Shown: positions 1 through 9,049, counted from the first letter of the stretch. The stretch is 32,766 nt of DNA from an uncultured Candidatus Bathyarchaeia archaeon (GCA_964361545.1 CAYIBO010000002.1:1-32766), one strand, 5' to 3'. Notes: generated by a model from the letters alone, not told the origin. Program-made: numbers and translations.

Positions 1-22
1 AGGGGTAAGATTCAGAGTCCTC

Positions 23-289
23 ATGACGACAAAGGATCATGAGACGAGACAAAGATTGGCGGAGGTCAAGACACTGGGCATGGAAGTCAGGCAACCCAAG
101 GAGGACTGGTACCCCGTAAGAGGGACACTTGGCGACGATAAGGAGCTGGTATTCCTAATCTGGACCGCTAGAGAAAAGGATATCCAACGGGCCAAGTACT
201 TCAGGCCTCACTACTCGAAAAACCCCGGAATGATCAGGGTCTTCGCTGATGCCTTTGAAAGGCGATGGGAAAAGGCCAAGCCAATCTAG
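23..289 (+). CDS. hypothetical protein, possibly the 3' part of a gene running off the window start
   Basis: ORF from the track. The frame stays open back to base 2 (GVRFRVL precedes the Met). I recognise no family. Confidence 0.3.
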   Translation: MTTKDHETRQRLAEVKTLGMEVRQPKEDWYPVRGTLGDDKELVFLIWTAREKDIQRAKYFRPHYSKNPGMIRVFADAFERRWEKAKPI

Positions 290-316
290 CCCACGCTGTC
301 AGACCAACTAGCCACC

Positions 317-1237
317 CTATCTACGGGCGAGTTCCATCCCTAAGACAAGGGACGTAAGGAGCTGGTTTAATGGAGTCGGGATCTTGTGCCATTTCCCGAG
401 TTCTGTTATGGCTCCGTTCAACTGCAGAATCTCGGTCGGTTTCCCCTTTTCCACATCCTGGAGCATAGACGACCTGTTAGAAGCCGTGGCCTTGAGCACT
501 CGCGACAGCAACTTGCTCGGGTCATCTGGTTCCAGCCGAATATCTGTGGCCTTGCTAACGGCGACGCCCTCACGAATTACGTCTAACATCACTTCCTTCA
601 ATCCTGGGACATCAACTAACGCACCATTAGGCAGATGGGTGAGGGCTGAAACAGGGTTGACAGCAGAATTCACGATTGTTTTGCTCCATATTACACCCTG
701 GATGTTGCGACTCACAACGGTCTTGATGCCCGCCCTTCCAAACACCTTCGCAATCCCTGCGCAACGTGTCGAAAGCATAGCATTAGGTTCTCCGACCCAA
801 GTCTTGCCCTTGCCGGTGTGGACGACATCCCCGGGTCCCACCAAGAACGATGCCTCGGTTGTCGTGCCTGCTAAAACGTCCTCCCGCCCGAAAACCTTGC
901 TGAGTATCTCGGCATTGCTAAGACCGTTCTGAACGGTCAAGATTACCGACCCTGCATCGATGTTAGACTTGTGAAGCCGAGCGGCCTCCTCCGTGTCATA
1001 GGATTTCACTGTGAAGATTACTAGATCAACCTCTGATAGATCAGCCGGTGAAAGTTCAGCGGAAACACGAGTTTTGATTGTTGTGCCGTTGAGTTCGCGA
1101 ACCCGGACGCCCTTTCTTCGGATCATGGCTACTGCTGATGGATCGCGATGAACAAGTGTGACACCATTTCCCACTTTCCCCAAGAGTGCACCGAAAAGAC
1201 AACCGATGGCACCTGCCCCGATTATTCCTATGCGCAA
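317..1237 (-). CDS. panE: 2-dehydropantoate 2-reductase (ketopantoate reductase, ApbA/PanE family)
   Basis: N-terminal Rossmann motif MRIGIIGAGAIGCLFG. Length of 306 aa fits the family. It lies immediately downstream of panB on the same strand. The start codon is TTG (reverse complement of 1235-1237). Confidence 0.85.
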   Translation of the reverse strand: MRIGIIGAGAIGCLFGALLGKVGNGVTLVHRDPSAVAMIRRKGVRVRELNGTTIKTRVSAELSPADLSEVDLVIFTVKSYDTEEAARLHKSNIDAGSVILTVQNGLSNAEILSKVFGREDVLAGTTTEASFLVGPGDVVHTGKGKTWVGEPNAMLSTRCAGIAKVFGRAGIKTVVSRNIQGVIWSKTIVNSAVNPVSALTHLPNGALVDVPGLKEVMLDVIREGVAVSKATDIRLEPDDPSKLLSRVLKATASNRSSMLQDVEKGKPTEILQLNGAITELGKWHKIPTPLNQLLTSLVLGMELARR

Positions 1238-1242
1238 GTGGT

Positions 1243-2124
1243 CTAGTGCTTCCGACGCGAACTCAATAAGACTCTCTCGCCCTTATCCATCTTGAAGGAG
1301 TGACCTTCTTCAGGGAAGAGCCCTTTACGAACATCATCTGAAAAACGTTGCAGAGCCTCCTGAATGGCACCAGCCAGATCTGCATATCTCTTTGCGAACC
1401 GAGGGGTAAAACGAGGATACAGGCCAAGTATATCATGTAACACCAGCACCTGTCCATCGCAGAATCTTCCCGAGCCTATTCCTATGGTAGGAACGGAGAC
1501 CGCTTCAGTAATGGCTCTAGCAACTTCCTCGGTTATCATTTCGAGGACTATCCCAAAGGCTCCGGCCTCTTCGAGAGCTTCAGCGTCACGAATCAGCCTC
1601 TCCCCTACTTTGGCAGTTTTTCCTTGGACTCTGTAGCCGCCTTGAAGAGTGGCCGTCTGCGGTGTTACACCGATATGTCCTAGCACTGGAATCCCCACGT
1701 CCACAATGGCCTTTGCTGTGGCGGCCATTTCTTCTCCTCCTTCGATCTTAGCCGCCTCCATCCCTCCTTCTTTCACAAAGCGTCCTGCGTTTCTTATGGC
1801 GTCCTCCTTTGATGCCTGGAAACTCATGAAGGGCATGTCCGCAATCAGCAGGGGCCGGGCGGCACCGCGCCCAACAGCTCTGCAGACTGGAAGTAGCTCT
1901 TCCACAGTCACCGGAATTGTGCTCTGGTATCCCAATACTACCATTCCGTACGAATCACCCACGAGGATGGAATCGACGCCGACAGTATCTGCTAAGAGTG
2001 CTGTTGGATAGTCGTAGGAAGTGACCATTACAATTCGGTGCCCTTCAGACTTCATTTTCAGAAAGTCTGCCGGTGTGACTTTCTTCCCCTCCTCAGAACC
2101 CTTTGCGTTCAACTTCTCAACCAA
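1243..2124 (-). CDS. panB: 3-methyl-2-oxobutanoate hydroxymethyltransferase
   Basis: Blocks VMVTSYDYPTALLAD, VDSILVGDSYGMVVLGY and GHIGVTPQ are typical of ketopantoate hydroxymethyltransferase. TTG start. The 5' end overlaps the upstream gene by 16 nt. Confidence 0.92.
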   Translation of the reverse strand: MVEKLNAKGSEEGKKVTPADFLKMKSEGHRIVMVTSYDYPTALLADTVGVDSILVGDSYGMVVLGYQSTIPVTVEELLPVCRAVGRGAARPLLIADMPFMSFQASKEDAIRNAGRFVKEGGMEAAKIEGGEEMAATAKAIVDVGIPVLGHIGVTPQTATLQGGYRVQGKTAKVGERLIRDAEALEEAGAFGIVLEMITEEVARAITEAVSVPTIGIGSGRFCDGQVLVLHDILGLYPRFTPRFAKRYADLAGAIQEALQRFSDDVRKGLFPEEGHSFKMDKGERVLLSSRRKH

Positions 2125-2810
2125 CCTCGAAGATAATGAATAATCTCTCGGGTCGCCTCGACTAAGTTCTCTCGGTTGTCGAATTCCGATGCAATTCTCT
2201 CCAGCGTTGTCTCGGGGACATGCTTGAGAACCCTTACTTGAGAGATGAGAGCAGGAAGGGCTCTGACGACATTGTCCACGATTGTGACAGAGGCAATTCG
2301 AGACGTGCGTGATAAAGGATTCAGATCGACGGCGATTACGGTCTTGCCAAGGTTTCTTAGCGCCGCGGCTCTATCTCCATCTTCAAGCGGAACGAGGACA
2401 ACATCAGAGGCTTTGATCCCGGAAGGGTCCACTTCTGCTCGCCTGCTTGATATTCCCGGGATTTTCGCCGAGGCCCCTGCGCCCACTCCAAGGACTTGGC
2501 GAACACCATTCCGCCTTAGCCATGAGGCGATTCTCATCTCACGCTCTTTCGTACGATGAAACAGGTTGACCTCTACCTTGGCAGGAACCATGGATGCTAG
2601 TTGCGAGATCTCTCGGAGAACCAAGGCGGCAGCATTACCGTTTACCGATATTACTGGTGCTTCCGCCGTGAGGAGATGGGCTGCGGCAGCTTTGATTGCG
2701 CTCCTCGCTGAGAGAAGGGTCCTTTCTCCAAGTAAGTAGTCGAAAGCCTCACCCCTTCCATGAGCCAGTAGCCCTTCAGGGACCACGATTCCCATCGACA
2801 TTCCTTTCAC
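2109..2810 (-). CDS. archaeal phosphopantothenate synthetase (4-phosphopantoate--beta-alanine ligase)
   Basis: Blocks AHGRGEAFDYLLGE, VISVNGNAAAL, VLVPLEDGDR and AVDLNPLSRT match my memory of the Thermococcus kodakarensis PPS family. Coordinates follow the first canonical start (GTG 2810). The conserved HPRFESLRIRELL segment lies upstream in the same frame, so the true start is probably CTG at 2867 (see findings). Confidence 0.85.
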   Translation of the reverse strand: MKGMSMGIVVPEGLLAHGRGEAFDYLLGERTLLSARSAIKAAAAHLLTAEAPVISVNGNAAALVLREISQLASMVPAKVEVNLFHRTKEREMRIASWLRRNGVRQVLGVGAGASAKIPGISSRRAEVDPSGIKASDVVLVPLEDGDRAAALRNLGKTVIAVDLNPLSRTSRIASVTIVDNVVRALPALISQVRVLKHVPETTLERIASEFDNRENLVEATREIIHYLRGWLRS

Positions 2811-2863
2811 GAGAAGCTCCCTTATCCGAAGGGATTCAAATCTAGGATGGGTTTGGGAAACGT

Positions 2864-3763
2864 TCAGAGTAGATGAGCTCCTTTGAGGGAAATCTTGCTC
2901 AGGGTTGGAACAAGTCCCGCACCCCTCATTACCCGTGCGGCAGCCGGGGCTCGATCCTTGTGGACCACCGAAAACGCCCCTTCACCGATCATTACCATAC
3001 TGGAAGATATTCCCGCGTCATCCATCATTTTCAATAGTCGTCGCAAACGAGGCGACATTAGGTTCAAGCAGTCTGCGAAAGACCTCGAGAATGAGACAAA
3101 TGTCTCGGTCCGGGGTTGTCTCAAAAGCCTGCCAACAAGATCCTTCCCGCAAATGTTGACACGGGCGCGCAGACTAGGCCTAGCAAGGATACCGGGCGTG
3201 TAGATCGGACCGAAGCTGGCAGAGACGACTCTGTCGAACCTCGAAAAGGCTAGTCTTCGGACCTTTCCCACCCCAGGAGCTCCGGGCTTCAGACGCACGA
3301 CAAAACCTCCTTGGAAGACAGAGGTGACAGTTCCAAGACCGGTCTTGCATTTCACCTCGGCCGCGTGGGCGGTCCGAGCCGCTTCTAGCTCGGTGACCGG
3401 ATTCCCCAAAGCTTCGTTGAGTGCAAGAGAAAGTCCTAATGCGCAGGCTCCGCTTGTCCCATAGCCCGCGCCCACAGGAAGTCGGCTTCGATGTGATACT
3501 TTGACCTCCCTGGTCTCTCGCCTAAGGTACTGTGCGACGACGTACTCCGAAACGGTCGGATTCCTCAATGGTCTGCCGTTGAATTCGACTTTGATGCTTT
3601 TGCGGACAGCTTTCCGAACGGATACAGCAGTAATGACACCTCTCTCAAGACTGACCCCCGCCCCTGTGGACCCCACTCTCGCAGGGTCCTGCTGTTGATC
3701 GTGTATGCTGAAGAATCCTGTAATGTGGCAGGGAGAATAGCAGATGGTCTGTGCAGGCAACAC
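2864..3763 (-). CDS. pantoate kinase (GHMP kinase superfamily)
   Basis: GHMP motif PVGAGYGTSGACALG and N-terminal SPCHITGFF. It is directly upstream of PPS, as expected for the archaeal PoK/PPS route. GTG start. Confidence 0.8.
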   Translation of the reverse strand: MLPAQTICYSPCHITGFFSIHDQQQDPARVGSTGAGVSLERGVITAVSVRKAVRKSIKVEFNGRPLRNPTVSEYVVAQYLRRETREVKVSHRSRLPVGAGYGTSGACALGLSLALNEALGNPVTELEAARTAHAAEVKCKTGLGTVTSVFQGGFVVRLKPGAPGVGKVRRLAFSRFDRVVSASFGPIYTPGILARPSLRARVNICGKDLVGRLLRQPRTETFVSFSRSFADCLNLMSPRLRRLLKMMDDAGISSSMVMIGEGAFSVVHKDRAPAAARVMRGAGLVPTLSKISLKGAHLL

Positions 3764-3896
3764 GGTTCCACAGAAATATCAGAAAGAGCGGTAGACTTCC
3801 ACGATTCCAAACTATTCTGTGTCCGGCTCTGAAGACTTTAAAGTGAGAGAGCACGGCTGGGTTTGCACATCTGCTTAGACCCTGGATAGAGCTATC

Positions 3897-4940
3897 GTGA
3901 AAGGTCTCATACTCGCTGGAGGTTTTGCGACAAGGCTGAGACCTCTTAGCTGCTCCAAGCCCAAGCTTCTGTTTCCTGTTGTCGGGGTCCCTCTCATCGA
4001 CCTGATGACCGCATGGTTGAGGGAGGGCGGGGTCCGAGAGGTGATTCTTGCAGTGAACCATCTTTCGGAACGACTTCGGCTGGAGGTTGGAGAGAGGAGG
4101 TTGGGCTCCAAGATTAGGCTTTTAATCGAAACAGAACCGTTGGGAACAGCCGGCCCAATACGTCTGGCGAGGAGGTTCTTGGACGCTGACGAACCGTTTG
4201 TTGTCGTGAACGGGGACATCGTCAGTGACATCAACCTCGGGGAGATGGCGCGGGCGCATGGCGAGCATTCCGCACTTGCAACCGTTGCCTTGGTAAGTGT
4301 CTCAGACCCGATACAGTATGGTTCTGTGACTCTCACCCCGGATGGGCGGATCGCCAAGTTTACAGAAAAGACACCAGCACGTTCCAAGTCCACTCTGGTG
4401 AATGCCGGAGCCTACGTTCTCAGTCCAAGGGTCTTGGATTTCATACCGCCCAGCGGACCAGCTAGTCTTGAACGGGCTGTGTTTCCAAGACTTGCTGAGA
4501 TGGGTGTCATATGGGGCTGGAAACACAGTGGGTATTGGTATGACATCGGGAGAATTCCTGGGTATGTGAAGGCTAACATGGAGATTCTAAGAAAGTCGAG
4601 AATGAAGGCGACTCCTGCTTTAGAGGGTCCTTGGATTGGCAGGAAGGCCGTGCGACCATTCCACATAGGGAAAGGATCTCATGTGCAGAGCGGGGTCCGG
4701 TTAGGTCCAAATGCAATACTGTCGGAAAGAGTTCTGGTTGGAGAGAAGTCAAGAGTAACCGACTCGATTATCTTCGAGGATACTGCGATTGGCGAGAACT
4801 GCATCGTGGAGGGGGCTCTGATCGGTGAGAGGGTCGTCATCGGCGAGGATTCTAAAATCGGGAAGGGAGCCATTGTAGCGGGACAAATTTCCGTACCAAA
4901 AGGTTCCATCATCAAGGAGAACTCGGTCATTCTAACCTAA
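3897..4940 (+). CDS. sugar-1-phosphate nucleotidyltransferase with C-terminal left-handed beta-helix domain
   Basis: N-terminal MKGLILAGGFATRLRPLSCSKPK (the G-x-G-T-R-L NTP-transferase signature). The C-terminus carries hexapeptide-like repeats (IGENCIVEGALIGERVVIGEDSKIGKGAIV). GTG start. Confidence 0.82.
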   Translation: MKGLILAGGFATRLRPLSCSKPKLLFPVVGVPLIDLMTAWLREGGVREVILAVNHLSERLRLEVGERRLGSKIRLLIETEPLGTAGPIRLARRFLDADEPFVVVNGDIVSDINLGEMARAHGEHSALATVALVSVSDPIQYGSVTLTPDGRIAKFTEKTPARSKSTLVNAGAYVLSPRVLDFIPPSGPASLERAVFPRLAEMGVIWGWKHSGYWYDIGRIPGYVKANMEILRKSRMKATPALEGPWIGRKAVRPFHIGKGSHVQSGVRLGPNAILSERVLVGEKSRVTDSIIFEDTAIGENCIVEGALIGERVVIGEDSKIGKGAIVAGQISVPKGSIIKENSVILT

Positions 4941-4948
4941 TCGAGTCA

Positions 4949-6340
4949 GTGGGAAAGACTGAGAGGTCGGTTGGAAGCTTGAGCGTGCCACGATTGTTCG
5001 GTACGAACGGCATACGAGGGTTGGCTGGAAGGGAAATTGGTGCTGAGTTCGCCTTCAAGCTAGGTTGCAGCGCAGCCGTCTTGTTTCGACGTGGTCGAGT
5101 ATTTGTCGGCTGGGATGGTAGAGATTCAAGCCCGATGCTCTCGGAGAGCGTGTTGGCTGGCCTGCTCTCTCAGGGTGTTGATGTTCTGGATGCCGGTATG
5201 ATAACGACTCCTGCTCTGCAGTTCTTGGTCAAGACTATGTCCGCGGCGGGAGGTATCATGGTTACGGCAAGCCACAATCCTCCAGAATACAACGGGTTCA
5301 AGATCATAGATTTTGACGGAATTGAGATTCCTCGGGAAAAGGAGGAGAAAATTGAGAAGCTGCTACACGATGATCGCTGGAAGACTGGGAGAGAGACAGG
5401 TTCTAGGCTTAAGCCAGAAGGATTGCTCGAAACGTATCTGGACCGTTTGAAGGACCAATTTGGCCGAGAGACGAAGACGTTTGGGGGGTTGAGGGTGGTT
5501 GTGGATTCAGGGAACGGAGTATCAGCTCTTACCACGCCGAGGATTCTATCACTGCTGGGCTGTGATGTTGTTACTGTGAACGACAATATTGATGGCAGGT
5601 TTCCAGGGCGCCCTTCGGAGCCAAGGCCTGAAACACTGTCCATGCTTTCAGGCTTGGTGCGAGAGGAGAGGGCCGACATTGGTATCGCTCACGATGGTGA
5701 TGGGGACAGAGCACTCTTCGCGGATGAATCAGGGAAGGTTCACTGGGGGGACAGAACCTTTGCTTTGGTCGAAGACGAGGTGCTTAGGGAGAGTAAGGGC
5801 GGGAAGGTGGTGACGCCTCTGAACTCATCGATGGCTGTGGCTGAGATTGCTCGTCGGAGAGGTGGGAGGTTGATCCTGACGAAGGTTGGAAGTATCTACG
5901 TGTCACGGAAGATGGTTGAGATAGGGGCGGTGTTGGGCGGGGAGGAGAATGGAGGGATATTCTATGCGCCGCACCATCCAGTGAGGGACGGGACCGTGGC
6001 TGCACTTCTGGTTTTGAAGGCGATGGTGAGGAACAAGATGCCGTTGTCGAAGCTGCTCGGGCGTCTGCCGAGCTTCTTCATGGCTAAGGAGAAATTTCCC
6101 TGCCGGGACGACGCACAGAAGAAGCGTGCGATGGCACGGTTGAAAATCATGCTTGTGAAGCGAGTGACGAGCAAGCTGGACGGGGTCCGCGTGGATTTGA
6201 AGGATAAAGGATGGGTTCTTGTGAGGCCGAGCGGGACAGAGCCTCTAATACGGCTGTATGCGGAGGGGCGAACCGAACAGCATCTCTCGGATATTGTGAA
6301 CGAGTTCAGGCCTATGGTCTTGCAATCGTTGAAGGGTTAG
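4949..6340 (+). CDS. phosphohexomutase (phosphoglucosamine mutase / phosphomannomutase family)
   Basis: Active-site loop TASHNPPEYNGFK, metal loop GIAHDGDGDRA, and GEENGG and RPSGTEP blocks. The start may be GTG 4949 or GTG 4985, which gives MPRLFGTNGIRG. Confidence 0.9.
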   Translation: MGKTERSVGSLSVPRLFGTNGIRGLAGREIGAEFAFKLGCSAAVLFRRGRVFVGWDGRDSSPMLSESVLAGLLSQGVDVLDAGMITTPALQFLVKTMSAAGGIMVTASHNPPEYNGFKIIDFDGIEIPREKEEKIEKLLHDDRWKTGRETGSRLKPEGLLETYLDRLKDQFGRETKTFGGLRVVVDSGNGVSALTTPRILSLLGCDVVTVNDNIDGRFPGRPSEPRPETLSMLSGLVREERADIGIAHDGDGDRALFADESGKVHWGDRTFALVEDEVLRESKGGKVVTPLNSSMAVAEIARRRGGRLILTKVGSIYVSRKMVEIGAVLGGEENGGIFYAPHHPVRDGTVAALLVLKAMVRNKMPLSKLLGRLPSFFMAKEKFPCRDDAQKKRAMARLKIMLVKRVTSKLDGVRVDLKDKGWVLVRPSGTEPLIRLYAEGRTEQHLSDIVNEFRPMVLQSLKG

Positions 6341-6571
6341 GCTTCTTTCCGGTCTTGGGGTTTTGCGTCTCGGGACACTGTTGATTTACCCCCTTTTCTG
6401 AAGGGGTGCTTTTGCTCGCGGATGTTCTGGGCGTTCTTGGCTGTTTGGGGGAAATGGGCTTGAAGGGGTCTGGCGGAACCCTGGAAAACCCCCGGGTCTC
6501 AGCATGGTTTCAGGGTGGTTGAGATTCCCCGGCGCATTTTTGAGATTCGGCTTGTTTTGGAGAATTTCGAG
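6341..6571. repeat. GT-rich intergenic element, copy A (apparent paralog of 22590-22835)
   Basis: By-eye ungapped match of about 24/32 nt. It is anchored on CCCTGGAAA (6479-6487 vs 22735-22743) and GC(A/G)TGGTTT 23 nt downstream in both copies. Looser similarity and recurrent GGGTCTG words lie on both sides. This was not computed rigorously. Confidence 0.4.
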
Positions 6572-7993
6572 TCAGGGTCTGCCGGTTGAAAGGTATGTGA
6601 AGCCGGCTTTCTCACAATCCTTCCGTGACAGAGTGTTCCTGGTGTCGAAGAGAACCGGGTTTGGCCGCATGAGACGCCGTAGCGTGCGCAGTGGGGCTTG
6701 GTGGAACTGGTTATGGTTCGTGGTTATGAGAACGCAGTCGGTGCCGGACACGGATTCAGTCATTGACCGGGCCGACTCGTAGGTTCTCCCTTCTACTGTG
6801 ACTTTGGGCACGAAGGGATCGTATACCCTCAGGCTCATCCGGGTTCTTCTCAAAAGCCTGAGAATGTCGAGGGCGGGGCTTCGCCTGGTGTCCCTGACCT
6901 CTCCCTTGTAGGAAAGACCCCACACAACTACAGTACTATGAGCAGGGTTCTTCCCGGCTTCCTTCAGAGCCTGCAGCACGCGATCTACCACGTGGCGCCG
7001 CATCCATACTGTTCACCACGCTTGCGGCAGATACTAACCGGAGGGGAAGGCCAACCCTTCCGGGCCTTGTACACCAGGTAGAGCGGGTCCTTGGGAATGC
7101 AATGACCACCAATCCCAGGCCCAGGGTAGTGAGGCATGAACCCGAAGGGCTTAGTCGCCGCGGCACCGATGGCCTCAATGAAATCCACACCCAAGACTTC
7201 GTGTAGAACGCTCAGCTCGTTGACAAGAGCGATATTCACATAACGGAAAATATTCTCCAAGATCTTAGCGGCCTCAGCAACAGAAGGACCGCTGACCTCA
7301 ACAACGGAAGCCCTCAGGATCGCCTTGTAGAAAGCGGCACCGAGCTTCGTAGAGGCGGGTCGACCCCTCCCACCACCTTGGGGATATCCTTCACACTATA
7401 TCGCGGATTGCCATAGTCAATACGCTCAGGCGAGTATACCAAGGCGAAGTCCCTACCCGCCTTCTTGCCTCCCTTCTCGAGAAGGGGCCGCAGAACTTCT
7501 TGAGTAGTCCCTGGATAGCTGGTGCTCTCGAGGATCACCAGTTTGAACTTCTGAAGAAACAGGGAAAGGTTCCTAGCAAGGATTTGACATAACCGAGGTC
7601 AGGCTCTCCCTCCTTGGAGAGGGGAGTGGGAACACAGATTATGACTACATCCGCGTCCCCGGCACCTTCACGCAGACGCGTCGTGGCTTTGATCCTGCCG
7701 GCCTTTACGAACTCGGGCAGAAACCGCTCGCTGTACTTGTCCTCGACGTAGCACTCCCCAGAGTTGACCTTGCGAACCTTCTCTTTGCTAACGTCAACAC
7801 CGACAACTGTGAAACCTGCCTCCGCTGAGGCGACAGACAGAGGCATCCCCACATAACCAAGACCGACAACGCAAACTCGAGCGACCCTGGAACGTATATT
7901 TTCTAGGAGAGAGTTCGGCGCACTTTTCAGGACTATTTCCTCCACGCTTTCTTTACCGCAGACAGAATCTTCACCGTAGGGTCCTCCATCCAC
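6572..7993 (-). pseudogene. UDP-sugar 6-dehydrogenase (UDP-glucose/GDP-mannose dehydrogenase family, WecC/Ugd-like) interrupted by four 1-nt frameshifts
   Basis: Four consecutive ORF fragments (7535-7993, 7314-7538, 6985-7260, 6572-7003), plus a short stretch in the 6936-7190 frame, together read as one full-length dehydrogenase. The segments are [91 protein letters not shown] and VVVWGLSYKGEVRDTRRSPA. Frame changes are near 7578-7586, 7350-7360, 7052-7060 and 6998-7010. Confidence 0.8.
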
Positions 7994-9000
7994 GCCAGAA
8001 GCTTTCTCCCCTCTTGCCTCTGCTTTTCGAACTTTTCCGGACTGCTGATTATGTCCGGGACCCTAGAAGCGATCCTCCGGGGAGAACGAATAGTATCCAC
8101 TAGCCCAAGGTTCTCAAGGTATTTGATGTAAAGCGGCTTCTCGCCCGGGAAACAAGATATGGCTGGAGTTCCCAGCAACGCAGCTTCTACAGTCATGGTC
8201 CCGCCAGAGCCTACGAAAGCTGAAGAATGCGCTATGAGACTGGTTGCGTCGATTATGCGATCCAGGACCTTAACCTTCCCACCGAATCTCCTTCTGATGA
8301 CCGGAGCCTGGAGACCATACCGAGTCGAGACGACTATTTGCAGGTCCATTCGCAATCTCAGGAGTTCCTCGATAACAGGCAGGATAACTGGTGCTCGGTC
8401 TGAAGCGCTACCCATGAGGTACGAGGCAAAGGCCTCTTCCGTCCGAAGAAACACGATGGGCCTGTCAGGGTCCAGCCCTAGTTCGGCAAGAACCCTGCGA
8501 CTTGGCTTGTGGCGTTTCAGCCACGCCGAAGGGTCCAGTGCCCTATATCGGACAATGCCCCTAGCACCGAAAGCCTTCCACACGGATGCTTTGATTATCC
8601 AAGGTGAACAAACGGTGACCGAAAGCGGAATCGTTAATCGGGCCACCATCCAAGAATGGGGGGAATCATTGGCCGCCACATGAGGAATCCCAAGACCAAA
8701 TGCCACCCGGGCTGCTTCCGGAGACGAAAACGATACAGCGACATCAGGGTCCCAACTATTCATCAGACTTGCAAGCTTCACTACCCTATCGCCACTCGCT
8801 ACCAGCTTTCCAAAGGGAGCCCCGCCGCCGTGCTTCCCAACCACTTCGTAGTGTAGCTTCTTGAAGCGAAGCGCTTGTTCAGCCTCCCTATACAGGCGGG
8901 TAGTAATCAGCACCTGGTGTCCTTCAGCTTTGAAGACATCATGAAGTGGAGCGAAGAAGAGAGCCTGTTTGGGTGTTAGAATGTCAATCCATACTTTCAA
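7933..9000 (-). CDS. DUF354-family protein (GT-B / UDP-GlcNAc 2-epimerase-like fold, function unproven)
   Basis: The N-terminus MKVWIDILTPKQALFFAPL...GHQVLITTR...VVGKHGG matches my memory of archaeal DUF354 proteins. TTG start (reverse complement of 8998-9000). It lies directly upstream of the dehydrogenase pseudogene on the same strand. Confidence 0.7.
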   Translation of the reverse strand: MKVWIDILTPKQALFFAPLHDVFKAEGHQVLITTRLYREAEQALRFKKLHYEVVGKHGGGAPFGKLVASGDRVVKLASLMNSWDPDVAVSFSSPEAARVAFGLGIPHVAANDSPHSWMVARLTIPLSVTVCSPWIIKASVWKAFGARGIVRYRALDPSAWLKRHKPSRRVLAELGLDPDRPIVFLRTEEAFASYLMGSASDRAPVILPVIEELLRLRMDLQIVVSTRYGLQAPVIRRRFGGKVKVLDRIIDATSLIAHSSAFVGSGGTMTVEAALLGTPAISCFPGEKPLYIKYLENLGLVDTIRSPRRIASRVPDIISSPEKFEKQRQEGRKLLAWMEDPTVKILSAVKKAWRK

Positions 9001-9038
9001 GACGCAGCTCCACTAACAGACAAACCGTCGGGAATGTC

Positions 9039-9049
9039 TTTAGATAAAA
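9039..9049. promoter_or_regulatory. A/T-rich TATA-like element in the divergent intergenic region
   Basis: TTTAGATAAAA is the only A/T-rich block between the divergent starts at 9000 (minus) and 9087 (plus). It lies about 38-40 nt from each. Confidence 0.3.

Noticed and set aside
384-932. 182-aa plus-strand ORF inside panE. Similar long antisense ORFs include 1649-2011, 2245-2559, 2883-3203, 5170-5679, 8159-8683, 10726-11145, 14965-15549 and 16985-17344.
   Set aside because: Each lies entirely antisense to a gene with strong family signatures. Each has a low-complexity Ser/Pro/Arg-rich composition and no motif. These are shadow ORFs.
6504-6782. 92-aa plus-strand ORF spanning the intergenic repeat and the 3' end of the dehydrogenase.
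   Set aside because: It is antisense to clearly homologous dehydrogenase coding sequence, and the remainder lies in GT-rich repeat DNA. No protein-like features.
7946-7993. N-terminal extension of the dehydrogenase (MDGGPYGEDSVCGKES...) overlapping the DUF354 gene by 60 nt.
   Set aside because: The Rossmann strand starts about 38 residues in. A GTG at 7945 gives a normal-length N-terminus with only a 13-nt overlap, so the longer form is probably a longest-ORF artefact.
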